The notes beneath the pieces are model-generated. The model had not been told where the DNA came from, did no database searches, and worked only from the letters and a program-made list of their open reading frames with translations. Of a DNA stretch of 64,000 nucleotides, positions 63,524 through 64,000 are shown piece after piece (position 1 is the stretch's first letter; each line of letters opens with the position of its first letter). Source of the stretch: an uncultured Planctomycetota bacterium (lineage in GTDB: Bacteria; Planctomycetota; Planctomycetia; Isosphaerales; Isosphaeraceae); the NCBI GenBank assembly GCA_963845755.1, contig CAWJTV010000044.1, positions 1-64,000 on the forward strand, read 5' to 3'. Both the position numbers and the translations under genes were made by a program.

Positions 63524-64000
63524 ATGATGCGACGTCTCCGCTTCCACTGGAGCCTCTCCGCGGCGGGCGACCCTCTGCGTGCCTCGCAAGCACGCGCCGA
63601 GCAATCGGGGGTTCCGGATATCCCGGCTCACGTCGAATTCTGCCGGTACGCGGAGCGTTGCGGCATCGAATCGCTGTTGACCGCCTATGGGTTCCACCGG
63701 CCCGACCCGATCGTCCTGGCCGCCGCCCTGGGATGCCGGACGGAGTCCATCGCCTTCATGATCGCAGTCCGATCGGGAGTCTTCGCCCCGACCGCTTACG
63801 TCCAGCAGATCAACACGTTGTCCGTACTGACCGGCGGCCGGGTGTGCTTGAACGTCGTCATGGGTCACACGCCGGAGGAGCAACACTACTACGGTGATTT
63901 CCTCTCTCACGACGAGCGATTCGAGCGGACGGACGAGTTCCTGACCATCTGCCGTGTCGCTCTGGGACAACCAGGCACCGGTCACGTTCCAGGGCAAGTA
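63524..64000 (+). CDS. LLM-class flavin-dependent monooxygenase (partial; frameshift near 63650)
   Basis: LRFHWSL..AERCGIESLL..PDPIVLAAALG..FMIAVRSG..QQINTLSVLTGGRVCLNVV..HDERFERTDEFL. Confidence 0.85.
   Translation, partial: MMRRLRFHWSLSAAGDPLRASQARAEQSGVPDIPAHVEFCRYAERCGIESLLTAYGFHRPDPIVLAAALGCRTESIAFMIAVRSGVFAPTAYVQQINTLSVLTGGRVCLNVVMGHTPEEQHYYGDFLSHDERFERTDEFLTICRVALGQPGTGHVPGQV

Overview
High-GC bacterial window, most likely from a planctomycete (inferred from a DUF1559 prepilin-like gene and a GYF-like/ExbD fusion). Many genes are split by single-base frameshifts that look like sequencing or assembly indels. The first ~11.7 kb is housekeeping: FabZ-like dehydratase, split pyruvate:ferredoxin oxidoreductase, GNAT, response regulator and ExbBD. 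Next is a 3.05-kb integrase-less element inserted in tRNA-Gly(CCC) in an unusual way. It duplicates the 5' half of the tRNA, supplies a replacement promoter, and turns the orphaned native half into a terminator-like hairpin. Its cargo includes HEPN-like and PD-(D/E)xK-like nuclease genes. From ~16.5 kb to the end is a large accessory region rich in oxidases and tailoring enzymes. It holds a DJ-1/tyrosinase/LodA/LodB operon, a Lys/Gly tandem-repeat protein, a truncated VioB-like protein, an unknown kinase-like protein, and a degenerate AroDE/acyl-CoA dehydrogenase/membrane-phosphatase operon. It also holds many glycosyl-, methyl- and sulfotransferases, three Fe/2OG dioxygenases (one with an HxG motif), and an mnxG-type giant multicopper oxidase operon. 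All family calls come from motifs read by eye; no database searches were run.
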